In this document: positions 9,660-21,722 of the stretch, piece after piece | Position numbering within the stretch: position 1 is the stretch's first letter | Layout: each line of letters begins with the position of its first letter | From: Roseiarcus sp. | GTDB lineage: Bacteria; Pseudomonadota; Alphaproteobacteria; Rhizobiales; Beijerinckiaceae | Reading direction: 5' to 3' | NCBI GenBank assembly: GCA_036489975.1 | Contig: DASXES010000053.1 | Location: forward strand, 21,506-85,505 | DNA: 64,000 bases | Translations under genes and position numbers: made by a program | Notes under the pieces: generated by a model | What the model was told of the DNA's origin: nothing | Databases searched by the model: none | Seen by the model: only the letters and a program-made list of their open reading frames with translations

Positions 9660-10766
9660 CTACTTCACGCCCCAGATCTCGAGATACTGCTGCTTATAGT
9701 TGTTGCTGGGAATGAAGGTGTTCTGGTCGCCGCCCTCGGAATGAATGTTGTCCCTGGTGACCAGGAATGGCGGCTGCACGAATCCGCTTTGCGGCTCGTT
9801 GTGGAACGCGCGGTTGAGTTCGTCGACCGTCTGCCACGCCTGGAGTTCGATCGGCTCGCTGACCGTGACCGTCTGATATTGACCGCCTTTGCGGATGCGA
9901 TCGTAGGCCGAACGATTGCCGTCGGCCCCGATCAGCTTCACCTCGTCCGGCTTGACGCCGCCCGAGCGCAACACAGGTACGGCGAAATCCCAATCGTTGT
10001 CGCCGACGGACGTCGCGTAGAGCGGCAGACCGAAGCGCTGAACCCAGCTCGTGGTCAGCTGCGGCTGGCGCTGGGCCGCTTCGGAAGCGGGCGAGTTGAC
10101 ATAGTCGAGCACCTTGCAACCGGGGCATTTCTCGATCTCGTCCTTGGTCGCCGTCGACTTGACCTTGGCGATTGCATATTCGTTGTGGCTAAGAACGACG
10201 ACATGCGCCTTGCCGTCCGAATCGGCGATAGCCCAGTCGGCCTCGGCCTTGCCGATCTCGCGCGGATCCTCCTGGATGTTGACGAACAGATGCAGGTCGG
10301 GCTGCGGCCCTGGCAGGCCTGCCGCATGGAGGCCGACGAATTTGATTCCCTGCGCCACTCCGGCCTTGATCGGGTCTTGCAGACTGGCGGCGTCGGCGAA
10401 CAGCGCGATGCCATCCGGCTTGAGCGCGATCGCCTGATTCATGCCGGAGAGCCAGGAGGTCGGGCTGCCCTTGCCGTCGATGACCGTGACGTTCCAGCCG
10501 AGCTTCTCGCCCGCCTGCTTGATGTAGACGCCGTAGAGATGAGAAATATCGTTTTGCTCGTCGCCGGACAGGAACACGATCTTCTTGCCGGGCTCAGGCT
10601 TCGGCGCCTTGGTTGGCCCCTCCCAGGTGGTTTGCGGGCCGGCGTATTTGGCGACCGCGGCCTTGGCGTCGGAAACCGCGTCGGCGCGGACAGGCGCGAC
10701 GGCGAACAGCGCCGCCAGCGCAACCGCGCCGCCTAACAGGGCATGGGAATTGACTTCAACCTTCAT
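9660..10766 (-). CDS. Sugar ABC transporter periplasmic substrate-binding protein
   Basis: Signal peptide (AVRA-DA), Peripla_BP_4-like fold, first gene of the ABC operon. Confidence 0.88.
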   Translation of the reverse strand: MKVEVNSHALLGGAVALAALFAVAPVRADAVSDAKAAVAKYAGPQTTWEGPTKAPKPEPGKKIVFLSGDEQNDISHLYGVYIKQAGEKLGWNVTVIDGKGSPTSWLSGMNQAIALKPDGIALFADAASLQDPIKAGVAQGIKFVGLHAAGLPGPQPDLHLFVNIQEDPREIGKAEADWAIADSDGKAHVVVLSHNEYAIAKVKSTATKDEIEKCPGCKVLDYVNSPASEAAQRQPQLTTSWVQRFGLPLYATSVGDNDWDFAVPVLRSGGVKPDEVKLIGADGNRSAYDRIRKGGQYQTVTVSEPIELQAWQTVDELNRAFHNEPQSGFVQPPFLVTRDNIHSEGGDQNTFIPSNNYKQQYLEIWGVK

Positions 10767-10863
10767 CGCGCGCCTCCCTTTTTCGAGTTCACGCTTTTGC
10801 GTGCAACCGGACCTTTATCTCGAATTGCCGTCTTGCGCCGCAGCTTGCGCGATTGCCCTGCTT

Positions 10864-10897
10864 CGCGATTCCTTCGATGTCGCGATTCCTCCGATGT
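10864..10897. repeat. Tandem 17-bp direct repeat upstream of the sugar ABC operon
   Basis: cgcgattccttcgatgt followed immediately by cgcgattcctccgatgt (16/17 identical). Confidence 0.7.
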
Positions 10898-11151
10898 CGA
10901 ATGCGCCGGCGGCGTCGGCGCCTGCCGATGCGTCACGCCTTCGGGGATAGAGTCAATTCTATGAAAGGCGCATCGCGCGCGAGGGCCCCTCCCAGATCAG
11001 ACGGACGCAAGGGCGGTCTGGTCTCAAATCAGATCATTACTGGGGAAACTATCCCGCGCATGAAATCAACGTCAATCGGCGATTCGGAAGAAACTAATAC
11101 TTCTCCTGCCCAAACGGCTGCGCGCTCGTTAGAACGAGCACCTCGCCGCCG

Positions 11152-11511
11152 TCAGTGACCCGAGCCGTCCCGCATCCTGGCTACCGGAACTCTTACTGAA
11201 TATCTGTCGCGCACGGCTCCTATCAGAGCGACGCCGAACAGCACGAGGGAGAGCGCGAGCATCAGCTCGCCGAAGAGGAAAGGCGGGCTATGATTCAACA
11301 AGACATTTAACATCATCGCGACTCCAACCAAGATCGCTAGGGTGAAACGCCGCGATAAAGACCGGGTTCCAGCAGCCCGCGAAAACGATCGCTTTTTCCT
11401 ACCTTTTGCTAATCTCCGGCGCCTCTGCGCGAGACGGGGTAATGCGGGCGGCGCCCATGGCGATCGCCACGACTGAGCCTGAGAAGCAGGCGCGGCGGCG
11501 TCGCGATGCAC
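11152..11511 (-). CDS. Possible small membrane protein (true start uncertain)
   Basis: The C-terminal half has two hydrophobic segments (FTLAILVGVAMMLNVLL; LMLALSLVLFGVALIGAV). The N-terminal half looks non-coding. Confidence 0.35.
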   Translation of the reverse strand: MHRDAAAPASQAQSWRSPWAPPALPRLAQRRRRLAKGRKKRSFSRAAGTRSLSRRFTLAILVGVAMMLNVLLNHSPPFLFGELMLALSLVLFGVALIGAVRDRYSVRVPVARMRDGSGH

Positions 11512-11612
11512 CGAGCTTAGGTAGTACAGCGGCGGCTGGTTTCAAGGATGGCCGTTTTGAGAATGGACTCAATCCATGCGATCAGTTTCATTCCAGCAGC
11601 GAGCAGGCTGAC

Positions 11613-12590
11613 ATGAGTTCACAGAGCCAGATTTCCCAACGCGTCGAGACGACGCAGGCGAATTCGCTCGCCGACATGGTCTTCGTGCCGGGTGGCGAGT
11701 TTCGGATGGGCTCGGACGGGCACTATCCCGAGGAGGCGCCAGCGCACCGGGTCAGCGTCGGCGCTTTTTGGATCGACAGCGCGCCGGTGACGAACCGCCA
11801 GTTTCGCAGATTCGTGAATGCGACGAAGCATGTGACGTTCGCCGAGATCACGCCGAAGGCGGAGGATTATCCGGGCGCGCTGCCGCACATGCTGAAGGCG
11901 GGGTCGCTCGTCTTTTCACCGCCGAAAGAGCCGGTCGATCTCAAGGACTGGTCGCAATGGTGGCGTTTCAAATTCGGCGCCGACTGGCGACGGCCGTATG
12001 GCCCCCGCTCTTCGATCAGCGGAATGGACGATCATCCTGTCGTGCATGTCGCCTATCGCGACGCCGAGGCTTACGCCCGCTGGGCCGGCAAGGAATTGCC
12101 GACCGAGGCCGAGTGGGAGTTTGCCGCGCGCGGCGGGCTTGATGGCGCGGAATATTCCTGGGGCGATGAATTCACGCCCGATGGAAAACAGATGGCCAAC
12201 ACGTGGCAGGGCGCGTTTCCGCAGCAGAACCTGAAAGAGGACGGCTTCGAGCGCACCTCGCCGGTCAGGTCGTTTCCCGCCAACGGCTACGGCGCCTACG
12301 ACATGATCGGCAATGTGTGGGAGTGGACGAGCGACTTCTGGTCGACCCGTCACCCGGCGGATGCGCCGAAGGCCTGCTGCGTGCCGCAGAACCCGCGCGG
12401 CGGCCCGGAGGCGCAGAGCTACGACCCCTGCCAGCCCGAGATTCGCATTCCGCGCAAAGTGCTGAAAGGCGGCTCGCACTTATGCGCGCCGAACTATTGC
12501 AAACGCTACCGGCCGGCCGCGCGTCACGCCGAGCCGATCGACACGTCGACGAGCCACGTCGGCTTTCGTTGCGTGGTGCGTGGGCCCTAA
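11613..12590 (+). CDS. Formylglycine-generating enzyme (SUMF1/FGE family)
   Basis: LPTEAEWEFAARGG, DMIGNVWEW, GGSHLCAPNYCKRYRPAAR and HVGFRC motifs. Start refined to ATG 11613. Confidence 0.92.
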   Translation: MSSQSQISQRVETTQANSLADMVFVPGGEFRMGSDGHYPEEAPAHRVSVGAFWIDSAPVTNRQFRRFVNATKHVTFAEITPKAEDYPGALPHMLKAGSLVFSPPKEPVDLKDWSQWWRFKFGADWRRPYGPRSSISGMDDHPVVHVAYRDAEAYARWAGKELPTEAEWEFAARGGLDGAEYSWGDEFTPDGKQMANTWQGAFPQQNLKEDGFERTSPVRSFPANGYGAYDMIGNVWEWTSDFWSTRHPADAPKACCVPQNPRGGPEAQSYDPCQPEIRIPRKVLKGGSHLCAPNYCKRYRPAARHAEPIDTSTSHVGFRCVVRGP

Positions 12591-13837
12591 GTCGCTTTGG
12601 CGTCGAACACGATCAGATCGTGCTCCCACAGTCGCGTGAAAAATAGGCGGCCTTTCTCTTCTTCCATCCTTCCCGCGCCATGCAGGATCTCGCCAAGCGA
12701 GCGCTCGCCGTCGATCGCCGTAAACAGCCGCTCCTGAGCCGCGTCGATGAAGAGCGCAAGATCGGGATAGGTGTGCCTCGGATTGATGAGCGCGGCGGCG
12801 ATTCCGCGCGGCGCGCGATCCTTGACGGTCAGCATCCAGGGGAGCCGTACGGGCACGAAACTGCGCCAGGCTTCGCCGTCGAATGCGATGGGCTGGGCCT
12901 CGCGTTCGCGATCGTCGCGGTAGGCGACGAAGCTGTGCCTGTCCATCGTTCCGCGCAGGAGCTCGATCGCCCCATGTTGAGCGGGCGGACGAAGCGCTGC
13001 AAGGCGCGCGCCATGGGACGCGTCTTCGATCGCGCCGCACTGCGGAAGATAGGCCGCCTGCTCGTACCAGCGCCCGAACTTGAGGCCGCATCGCTCGAGC
13101 CAATCGTAAATCTGCGGCACGGAATAGGCGCGTTCCTGCGGGTTCAGCAACGCGTCGGCGAGCGCGTCGGGTCGTGCAAAGTCCTTCGCCCGCTTGACGA
13201 TTCCAGCGATCGGATGGTCGATGGGCAGCGCTTGCACCGTCTGCCCCAGGTCGCGCAGCTCTTCATCCCGGACGCCGATGCCCAACAGCCGGCAATAATC
13301 CTGCATCATGGTGATGCCGGCGCGCCCGTAAGGCGCGTAGACCATGATGTGCATTGCGCCATCCCGCGTAAGGACATCGCGCAGCGCGCGAAGACTGGCG
13401 TCCGGGTCGCTCAGGTGGTGGAGCACGCCCGTGCAGACAATCTGGTCGAAGGTCTCGCCAAGCTCCGCGATCCGCTCGATCGCCAGCCGGTGTAGCTGCA
13501 AGTTTCGGATGTGATGCTTCTGTTGAAGGTCGCGCGTATGGCGCAAGCTGGTTTCGCTGACGTCGATCGCGACGACACGCGCGTCAGGCTCCATAAGCGC
13601 ATGACGCGCAGCCTGCGAGGTGCCGCAGCCCGCGATGAGGATCGTGCGATCTGGGCGCGGCTTCTCCAGAGGCCACAGCAGGAGAGACTGCGCGCGCCGC
13701 CGCTGCGGATCGCGGTAGCGATCGAGGCGCTGCTCAAGGCTGCCGACAGGTGGCGGATAGGGATGCGCTTCGTAGAACGCGCGAATCACTTGGGCGCGAG
13801 CGTCGCGCGTTGTCGCGTTTTCCTCCATTGTCGACAT
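12587..13837 (-). CDS. Class I SAM-dependent methyltransferase
   Basis: ILIAGCGT motif I, FDQIVCTGVLHH motif. Convergent 4-bp overlap with FGE. Confidence 0.85.
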   Translation of the reverse strand: MSTMEENATTRDARAQVIRAFYEAHPYPPPVGSLEQRLDRYRDPQRRRAQSLLLWPLEKPRPDRTILIAGCGTSQAARHALMEPDARVVAIDVSETSLRHTRDLQQKHHIRNLQLHRLAIERIAELGETFDQIVCTGVLHHLSDPDASLRALRDVLTRDGAMHIMVYAPYGRAGITMMQDYCRLLGIGVRDEELRDLGQTVQALPIDHPIAGIVKRAKDFARPDALADALLNPQERAYSVPQIYDWLERCGLKFGRWYEQAAYLPQCGAIEDASHGARLAALRPPAQHGAIELLRGTMDRHSFVAYRDDREREAQPIAFDGEAWRSFVPVRLPWMLTVKDRAPRGIAAALINPRHTYPDLALFIDAAQERLFTAIDGERSLGEILHGAGRMEEEKGRLFFTRLWEHDLIVFDAKAT

Positions 13838-13865
13838 CCCCTATGCTTCCTGAGGATCCAGGCTA

Positions 13866-14525
13866 TTGCAGGCAAAAAGCCGCTCGAAGGCGGCTTTGAC
13901 ATGCGGTCTCCCAGGGACTAATCGATACCCGGCGATGACCGTTAACATTGGGTGCGATCGCGGTCGCAAGATGCTAGCCTTGCCGCAAACGGATCTATTC
14001 GATGCCGAGCGTTCGCATTTGACTGACGCGCCGTCAAAAACCCAAGTCCTACAGGCGCGCATCGCGCTCTTGCTCGTGCTTGGCCTCTTCGCTCTCGGGG
14101 TGGCCTGGTATGGAGTTACTGAAGAAAGCCTCGGCCGTCTTTGGACCGACGTTCTTGATCGGCCCGGCGGGCCAATGACCTTTCGCTTCATCCTGCAGCC
14201 GGCGATGGCGATCATTGCTGCACTTCGCGACGGGTTCCACGACGCGCGACTCGGACGCAGGCCCTATATCTGGGCCTTGATCCACGGCGTTCGGGACTCC
14301 GAGGGGCGGAGGGGCCGCTTGTGGGAGGGCATTGTCGCGACGGCGCGCATCCTGATTCTTGGGGTCGTAATGGATATCATCTACCAATGGAAGGAGCTGG
14401 GCACATTCTACCCGGCCCAGTCCGCGGTGATCGCAATTCTGCTGGCGTTTATCCCTTATTTGCTTTTGCGCGGCCCCTTCGAGCGAATCGCGCATCATTG
14501 GGTCGCGCGGCCCGCATCCAATTGA
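13866..14525 (+). CDS. Hypothetical membrane protein (start probably 13935 or 13971)
   Basis: 3-4 TM segments, GPMTFRFILQP motif, co-oriented with the sulfatase genes. Confidence 0.7.
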   Translation: MQAKSRSKAALTCGLPGTNRYPAMTVNIGCDRGRKMLALPQTDLFDAERSHLTDAPSKTQVLQARIALLLVLGLFALGVAWYGVTEESLGRLWTDVLDRPGGPMTFRFILQPAMAIIAALRDGFHDARLGRRPYIWALIHGVRDSEGRRGRLWEGIVATARILILGVVMDIIYQWKELGTFYPAQSAVIAILLAFIPYLLLRGPFERIAHHWVARPASN

Positions 14526-14548
14526 GCCATGAAGTCGCGGAGAGGACG

Positions 14549-14998
14549 ATGGCGAGCCCCGATCTGAAATTCGACACCAATACCGAGCTCTCGTCGCGGC
14601 GCACCGGCATGTCGTTTCAGCGCACACGAATGAGCGCCGACCGCACGCTGATGTCGGTGATCCGCACTTCCCTGTCGCTGATCGGTTTCGGCTTCACCAT
14701 CGCGCAGGTGTTTCAGAAGCTGCGCGATCAGGATATCATCACCAAGGCCGCTGCGCCACGTAACTTCGGCCTCGCGCTGGTTGGACTGGGTATAGTGATG
14801 CTCGTTATCGGCATCGCCTATCACGTGCAGTTCATGTTGGGGCTGCGTCACTTGCGAGAGTCGATGCGGGAGGAAGGGCTTGTCCACGGCGAGACCATTT
14901 TTCCCCTCTCGTTCACTCTGGTTACGGCGCTTGTTCTTCTCTTGATCGGCTTGGCGGCGATCATGAGCATGGCGTTTCACGTTGGCCCGTTCAACTAG
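14549..14998 (+). CDS. YidH/DUF202 family membrane protein
   Basis: RTRMSADRTLMSVIRTSLSLIGFGF signature. AGAGGA RBS before ATG 14549. Confidence 0.88.
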   Translation: MASPDLKFDTNTELSSRRTGMSFQRTRMSADRTLMSVIRTSLSLIGFGFTIAQVFQKLRDQDIITKAAAPRNFGLALVGLGIVMLVIGIAYHVQFMLGLRHLRESMREEGLVHGETIFPLSFTLVTALVLLLIGLAAIMSMAFHVGPFN

Positions 14999-15100
14999 GG
15001 AAGCGCGTCACTCAAGCTTGAAAGTCGTTTTGCGCTTTCGTAAGGCGCGCCGGATCAAATCTCCCGGGCGAAATTCAGTTCGAAAGTAGGAGAAAAAAAA

Positions 15101-16660
<1,560 letters not shown>

Positions 16661-16675
16661 CGGAACTCCAATGAC

Positions 16676-16701
16676 GGTCGGGGCGCCAGTCCGCCCCGAC
16701 C
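16676..16701 (+). terminator. GC hairpin after the arylsulfatase gene
   Basis: ggtcggggcg-N6-cgccccgacc, a perfect 10-bp stem with no clear U-tract. Confidence 0.5.
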
Positions 16702-17017
16702 TAACCCGAAAACGTCGACAAATATACTTATAAAAAATGTGTAAATGGAGATGGTGCTGGAAGCCGGAAAGGTGACTCGCTAATCGCGCCGCAACCCGTT
16801 GGAATTGCTCAAAACGGACTCGCTAATGCGCCCCTGGCCGGGCGACATCAGAATCTGGCGGGGAGCGGCGCAAAGCGGCGGTGACCTATAGACCGCGACC
16901 TATAGGAACGCGGAACAGCCTGAGACTAGCGAGTTGCGGCGCGGCCTTTGCCGTTCCGAACTTACCTCACCAGGATGGTCCATTTTGCCCGTTGGAGCAT
17001 GATAGGGTCCGCAGGCA

Positions 17018-18451
17018 ATGAGCTCCGCACGTCTGCGCGATCTGCCAGCGGTTGCCGCGGTCCTGAATACGCCTGCTGCTGGAATCCTCATCGAGCGATA
17101 CGGTCGCCCGGCCGCCACGGACGCTATTCGCGCGGCGCTCAACGACGCACGCGCGATGTTGCAGGCCGGAGGGCGTTCCGTCCCAGGCGGTGAGCGTATC
17201 GCCGCTCAGGCTCTCGCCTGGCTTGAGAAGGAAGGTCGCCCGGCATTGCGACCGCTGTTCAATCTCACCGGCACCGTGCTGCACACCAATCTCGGCCGCG
17301 CGGTGCTCGCTGAAGCGGCCGTCGGGGCGGCCGTCGCGGCTATGCGGAATGCCGTCGCGCTCGAGTTCGACTTGGAAACCGGCAAACGTGGCGAGCGTGA
17401 CGACCACATCAGATCCTTATTGTGCTCGTTGACAGGCGCCGAAGACGCGACGGTCGTCAACAACAACGCCGCCGCAGTGCTCCTATGCCTGAACACGTTC
17501 TCCAATGGCCGCGAGGCGGTGGTGTCGCGCGGTGAGCTCATCGAAATCGGGGGCGCCTTTCGCATGCCGGAGATCATGGCGCGCGCCGGGGCGCGGCTTG
17601 TCGAGGTCGGCACGACCAATCGCACGCACGCAAAGGACTATCTTTCGGCGTTTAACGCGGAAACCGGCGTGATTCTTAAGGTCCACACATCGAACTATCG
17701 CATCCAGGGCTTCACCTCCGAGGTCGGAACGCGAGAGCTCTCGACGATCGCCAAAAAGGCGGGCGTCCCCCTGCTGCACGACCTGGGATCGGGCACGCTT
17801 GCTGATCTCACGACCTATGGGCTAAAGCGCGAGCCGACCGTGCGCGAGGCTCTGGCTCAGGGCGCCGACCTCGTCACCTTCTCCGGCGACAAGCTGCTGG
17901 GGGGACCTCAGGCGGGCTTTATCGTCGGCAAGCATGAACTGATCGCCACGATCAGTCGCAATCCGATGAAGCGGGCGCTTCGAGTCGATAAGATCCGCCT
18001 GGCGGCGATCGAAGCCACGCTTAAGCTTTATCGAGACCCTGATCGACTCGCTGACGATCTCCCAACGCTGCGGCTCCTCGCGCGACCGCGACAGAGCATC
18101 GAGGCGAGCGCGGCTCGTGTATTGCCCTATGTCGCCCAGGAGCTCGGCGATGCGTTCGTGGTCGAACTTTGCGAATGCCAGAGCCAGATCGGCTCTGGCG
18201 CACTGCCGCTCGAGACGATCGAGAGCGTGGGTCTTTCGATCCGAGCATCGGCAAGCGGCGCGATCGTGGACTTGGCGCGCAGGCTGCGGGGCTTGCCGAC
18301 GCCGGTGATCGGACGCATCGAGAAAGACCGCCTGGTGCTCGACTTCCGCTGCCTCACCGAAGAACAGGCTTTCCTGTCTAATCTGGCGCATCTGAGAAAC
18401 GACGCGGCGGCTTCGTCCAAGCCGCGTGCTTCGCCGGACGGACGGCCGTGA
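17018..18451 (+). CDS. selA: L-seryl-tRNA(Sec) selenium transferase
   Basis: [36 protein letters not shown] and [13 protein letters not shown] (PLP lysine) motifs. Confidence 0.97.
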   Translation: MSSARLRDLPAVAAVLNTPAAGILIERYGRPAATDAIRAALNDARAMLQAGGRSVPGGERIAAQALAWLEKEGRPALRPLFNLTGTVLHTNLGRAVLAEAAVGAAVAAMRNAVALEFDLETGKRGERDDHIRSLLCSLTGAEDATVVNNNAAAVLLCLNTFSNGREAVVSRGELIEIGGAFRMPEIMARAGARLVEVGTTNRTHAKDYLSAFNAETGVILKVHTSNYRIQGFTSEVGTRELSTIAKKAGVPLLHDLGSGTLADLTTYGLKREPTVREALAQGADLVTFSGDKLLGGPQAGFIVGKHELIATISRNPMKRALRVDKIRLAAIEATLKLYRDPDRLADDLPTLRLLARPRQSIEASAARVLPYVAQELGDAFVVELCECQSQIGSGALPLETIESVGLSIRASASGAIVDLARRLRGLPTPVIGRIEKDRLVLDFRCLTEEQAFLSNLAHLRNDAAASSKPRASPDGRP

Positions 18452-20529
18452 TCGCCGGGCTCGCCGGGCATATCGACCACGGCAAAACGGCTCTGGTGAG
18501 GGCGCTGACTGGAGTCGAGGGCGATCGCCTCAAGGAAGAGAAGGCTCGCGGCATTACGATTGACCTCGGTTTCGCTTACATGTCCGTCGCGGCAGGGCGG
18601 CCGATCGGCTTTATTGACGTTCCGGGCCACGAGCGCTTTGTGCACACCATGCTCGCCGGCGCCGCTGGCGTCGACTACGCGATTTTGACGATCGCGGCCG
18701 ATGACGGCGTGAAGCCCCAGACGCTTGAACATCTGGCGATCCTCGACTTGCTCGGCGTGGACCGCGGCGTTGTCGTGCTTACCAAAGCGGATCTGGCGTC
18801 TCACAAGCGTCTCGGCGAGGTCGACCGGGAGGCGCGAGCGATCATCCGCGGGACTACCCTCGCGAAGGCTCGCGTGCTGACCGTCTCGACGATGACGGGG
18901 CGGGGCGTCGACGCGCTGCGCGCCCACCTCGAAGCCGCGAGCAGCGCCACGAGCGATCGCTCTCAGGGGACCCGCTTTCGTCTTGCGGTCGACCGCGTCT
19001 TCACCCTGCAGGGCGTCGGCCTGGTGGCCACCGGCACAGTCTATTCCGGATTGGTGCGGGTGGGCGACCGACTCCAGATCAGCCCATCCGGGCTCGAGGT
19101 GCGCATTCGGTCCTTGCATGCGCAAAACAGGGCAGCTGAAACCGCGCGGGCCGGCGATCGCTGCGCGCTCAACCTCACGGGTCTGGGGGTCGGAAAGGAG
19201 GCGATTCGCCGCGGCGATATGGTGCTCGATCCCGGCCTTCATGCGCCTACGGACCGCGTCGATGCGATTCTGCGCCTCTTGCCGAGTGAGAAGAAGCCGC
19301 TCAGGCAATGGTTTCCGGTGCGTCTCCACCACGGCGCGTCGGAATTGAGCGCGCGCATTGTTCTGCTCGACGACAAGCCCGTCGCATCGGCAGAGGGGGC
19401 GCACGTCCAACTCGTGCTCGATCGGCCGATCGCGGCGGCAGCCATGGATCGCTATGTGATCCGCGACGCATCGGCGCAGCGGACCCTGGGCGGAGGCGTT
19501 TTCCTCGATCTTAGGCCGCCGGCGCGCAAGCGGCGCACGGCGGAAAGAGAGGCTCAGCGCGCGTCGCTTGCGATCCGCGATCCGGCCGCGTCCTTCGCCG
19601 CGCTCCTGGACTCGGCGCCGTTCGCCGCCGACCTCGCCGCCTTTGCGCGCGACCGCGCTCTCACGGCGGAGCGAACCGCCGAGCTTGCGTCCACCCTCAA
19701 CCTCGTCGTTCTCGAAACAGCGGATTCGAGAATGGCTCTCGCGCCCGGTCAATGGAGCGAGTTCACATCCAGGGCTGTTGACCGGATCGCGGCCTATCAC
19801 ACCGAAAACCCTGACCTTCAGGGCATGGGGCGCGAAGAGCTGCGCATGGCGCTTAGCCCACGGCTACCGAAGCCAGCGTTTGACGCCGCCTTGCAGAAGC
19901 TCGCCCGCGTGAACGAGCTCGCCTTGGAAGGCGCCTTCGTCAGACTGCCCTCGCATGAGATCAGGCTGACCGCTGAGGATATGGACGGTTGGCAGATCGT
20001 CGCGCCGCTGCTCGGGGGAACGGAGCGGTTCCGGCCGCCGCGGGTGCGCGACATTGCGGCGGCGACCGGCCGGCTGGAAGTGGATGTTCGGCGGATTCTG
20101 AAACGTGCTGGCCGTATGGGGTGGGCGGACGAGGCCGCGCACGACCATTTCTTCCTGCGCTCGACAGTGGGCGAGATGGTCGCGATTGCCGCAGATCTGA
20201 CCGCCGGGGCCGGACATGCCGGTTTCTCCGCCGCAGAGTTCCGCGATCGGACGGCGAGCGGGCGCAAAGTCGCGATCCAGATTCTCGAATTCTTCGATCG
20301 TCGGGGCGTGACCCTGCGCAAGGGGGATCTACGTCGGATCAATCCGGCTCGCCTCGACCTGTTTGGCCCCCGCGGCGAAACCTGTGACGATGGCCCCGGA
20401 GGAGAATCGTCCCCGGTGGGGCGCCCGGACTTCAAATCCGTGTGGGGCGGCGAGCCTGTCCCGGGTGGGTTCGACTCCCACTCTCTTCCGCCAGCCTGCA
20501 AGCCCGCAGGCTCTACTTCACCACGATAA
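18448..20529 (+). CDS. selB: Selenocysteine-specific elongation factor with a C-terminal extension across tRNA-Sec
   Basis: [25 protein letters not shown] and the SECIS-binding [13 protein letters not shown] motif. GTGA overlap with selA. Confidence 0.95.
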   Translation: MIAGLAGHIDHGKTALVRALTGVEGDRLKEEKARGITIDLGFAYMSVAAGRPIGFIDVPGHERFVHTMLAGAAGVDYAILTIAADDGVKPQTLEHLAILDLLGVDRGVVVLTKADLASHKRLGEVDREARAIIRGTTLAKARVLTVSTMTGRGVDALRAHLEAASSATSDRSQGTRFRLAVDRVFTLQGVGLVATGTVYSGLVRVGDRLQISPSGLEVRIRSLHAQNRAAETARAGDRCALNLTGLGVGKEAIRRGDMVLDPGLHAPTDRVDAILRLLPSEKKPLRQWFPVRLHHGASELSARIVLLDDKPVASAEGAHVQLVLDRPIAAAAMDRYVIRDASAQRTLGGGVFLDLRPPARKRRTAEREAQRASLAIRDPAASFAALLDSAPFAADLAAFARDRALTAERTAELASTLNLVVLETADSRMALAPGQWSEFTSRAVDRIAAYHTENPDLQGMGREELRMALSPRLPKPAFDAALQKLARVNELALEGAFVRLPSHEIRLTAEDMDGWQIVAPLLGGTERFRPPRVRDIAAATGRLEVDVRRILKRAGRMGWADEAAHDHFFLRSTVGEMVAIAADLTAGAGHAGFSAAEFRDRTASGRKVAIQILEFFDRRGVTLRKGDLRRINPARLDLFGPRGETCDDGPGGESSPVGRPDFKSVWGGEPVPGGFDSHSLPPACKPAGSTSPR
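20398..20493 (+). tRNA. selC: tRNA-Sec (anticodon UCA), 96 nt, CCA encoded
   Basis: 8-bp acceptor stem GGAGGAGA/TCTCTTCC plus GCCA; anticodon arm GGAC-TTCAA-ATCC; long variable arm; GGGTTCGACTCCC T-arm. Confidence 0.97.
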
Positions 20530-21556
20530 CCGGTTCGCCCCGCTCCGCCTTCCCGATGATCGCCGCGCAAGGATCGCCTTCCCGGATGCGCTCCAGGATG
20601 GCGGGCGCGGCTTGAGCCTCACAGGCGACGAGCAGACCGCCAGAGGTCTGCGGATCGGTCACCAGCAGGCGCCGCCAGTCTTCGAATCCGGGCGGCAGGA
20701 CGACGGCTTCGCCGTAGCTCGCCCAATTGCGGTGTGAGGCGCCGGTGACGAACCCGGCGCGGGCGAGAGCCTCGGCCAGAGAGAGCCGCGGCGCGTCGTC
20801 GACGTGCAGGCGGAGGGTCAGGCCCGCGCCCCGCGCCATTTCGAGCGCATGGCCGAGCAGGCCGAAGCCGGTGACGTCGGTCATCGCATGGACCGCTTGG
20901 TCGCGCCCGAGATCGGCGCCGACCGCGTTGAGGCGCGTCATGAATCCCAGCATCTCGCGATAGCCCTCATGGGAGAGCGCGCCCTTCTTAATGGCCGCCG
21001 AATAGATTCCGACGCCGAGAGGCTTGGTCAGGATGAGCGCGTCGCCAGGGCGAGCTTCCGAGTTGCGTCTGAGCCCCTTCATCGAGACAAGGCCCACGAC
21101 GGCAAGTCCGTAGATCGGCTCGGGCGAATCGATGGAGTGCCCGCCCGCTATGGGAATTCCCGCTTCCGCCGCCTTAGCCGCGCCGCCGCGCAGGATCTCG
21201 CGGATCACGCTGGCAGGCATTTTGTCGACTGGCATGCCGAGGATCGCCAGCGCAAAGATGGGCTTAGCTCCCATCGCGTAGACGTCCGAAAGTGCGTTGG
21301 TTGCGGCGATTTGGCCGAAGTCAAACGGATCGTCGACCATCGGCATGAAGAAGTCAGTGGTTGCGACAATGCAATTGTCGTCGTCGAGGCGCCACACCCC
21401 CGCGTCGTCGCCGGTCTCCGTGCCGACGATGAGGTTGACGAAGGGCGCAGCCGTGGGCTCGCCACTCAGCAGTTCGCGCAGCAACGCGGGCGACAGTTTG
21501 CAGCCGCACCCGCCGCCATGGGCGAGGGAAGTTAAACGGATGATGGGAACGTTCAC
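20513..21556 (-). CDS. selD: Selenide, water dikinase (Cys-type active site)
   Basis: [37 protein letters not shown] and DPQTSGGLL motifs. GGAGG RBS before GTG 21556. Confidence 0.96.
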   Translation of the reverse strand: MNVPIIRLTSLAHGGGCGCKLSPALLRELLSGEPTAAPFVNLIVGTETGDDAGVWRLDDDNCIVATTDFFMPMVDDPFDFGQIAATNALSDVYAMGAKPIFALAILGMPVDKMPASVIREILRGGAAKAAEAGIPIAGGHSIDSPEPIYGLAVVGLVSMKGLRRNSEARPGDALILTKPLGVGIYSAAIKKGALSHEGYREMLGFMTRLNAVGADLGRDQAVHAMTDVTGFGLLGHALEMARGAGLTLRLHVDDAPRLSLAEALARAGFVTGASHRNWASYGEAVVLPPGFEDWRRLLVTDPQTSGGLLVACEAQAAPAILERIREGDPCAAIIGKAERGEPVIVVK

Positions 21557-21663
21557 GAGCTTCGTCCTCCTCCATTCTTGGCTGCCCACGCCGCCGACCC
21601 GGGCGTCGTGACCTGGATGCAACCTCCGCAGGAACTGCTTTCGGCCTAGCGAGGGGCTGACCG

Positions 21664-21722
21664 ATGCAACGATACGCGCTGCACGGCGATCAGTGGAATC
21701 GGATCAAGGACATTCTGCCGGT
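21664..21722 (+). mobile_element. IS5-family (IS427 group) transposase N-terminal remnant
   Basis: Translates as [19 protein letters not shown], resembling the remembered MRRYALRDDQW.RIKDLLP start of this family. The resemblance stops after about 19 codons. Confidence 0.55.

Noticed and set aside
16750-16880. Possible second tRNA or att site near selA
   Set aside because: Only the first few bases resemble a reverse-complemented tRNA end. There is no T-loop or cloverleaf.
20385-20387. TGA just before selC as the selB stop or a Sec codon
   Set aside because: It is out of frame with selB, which reads ACC TGT GAC there.
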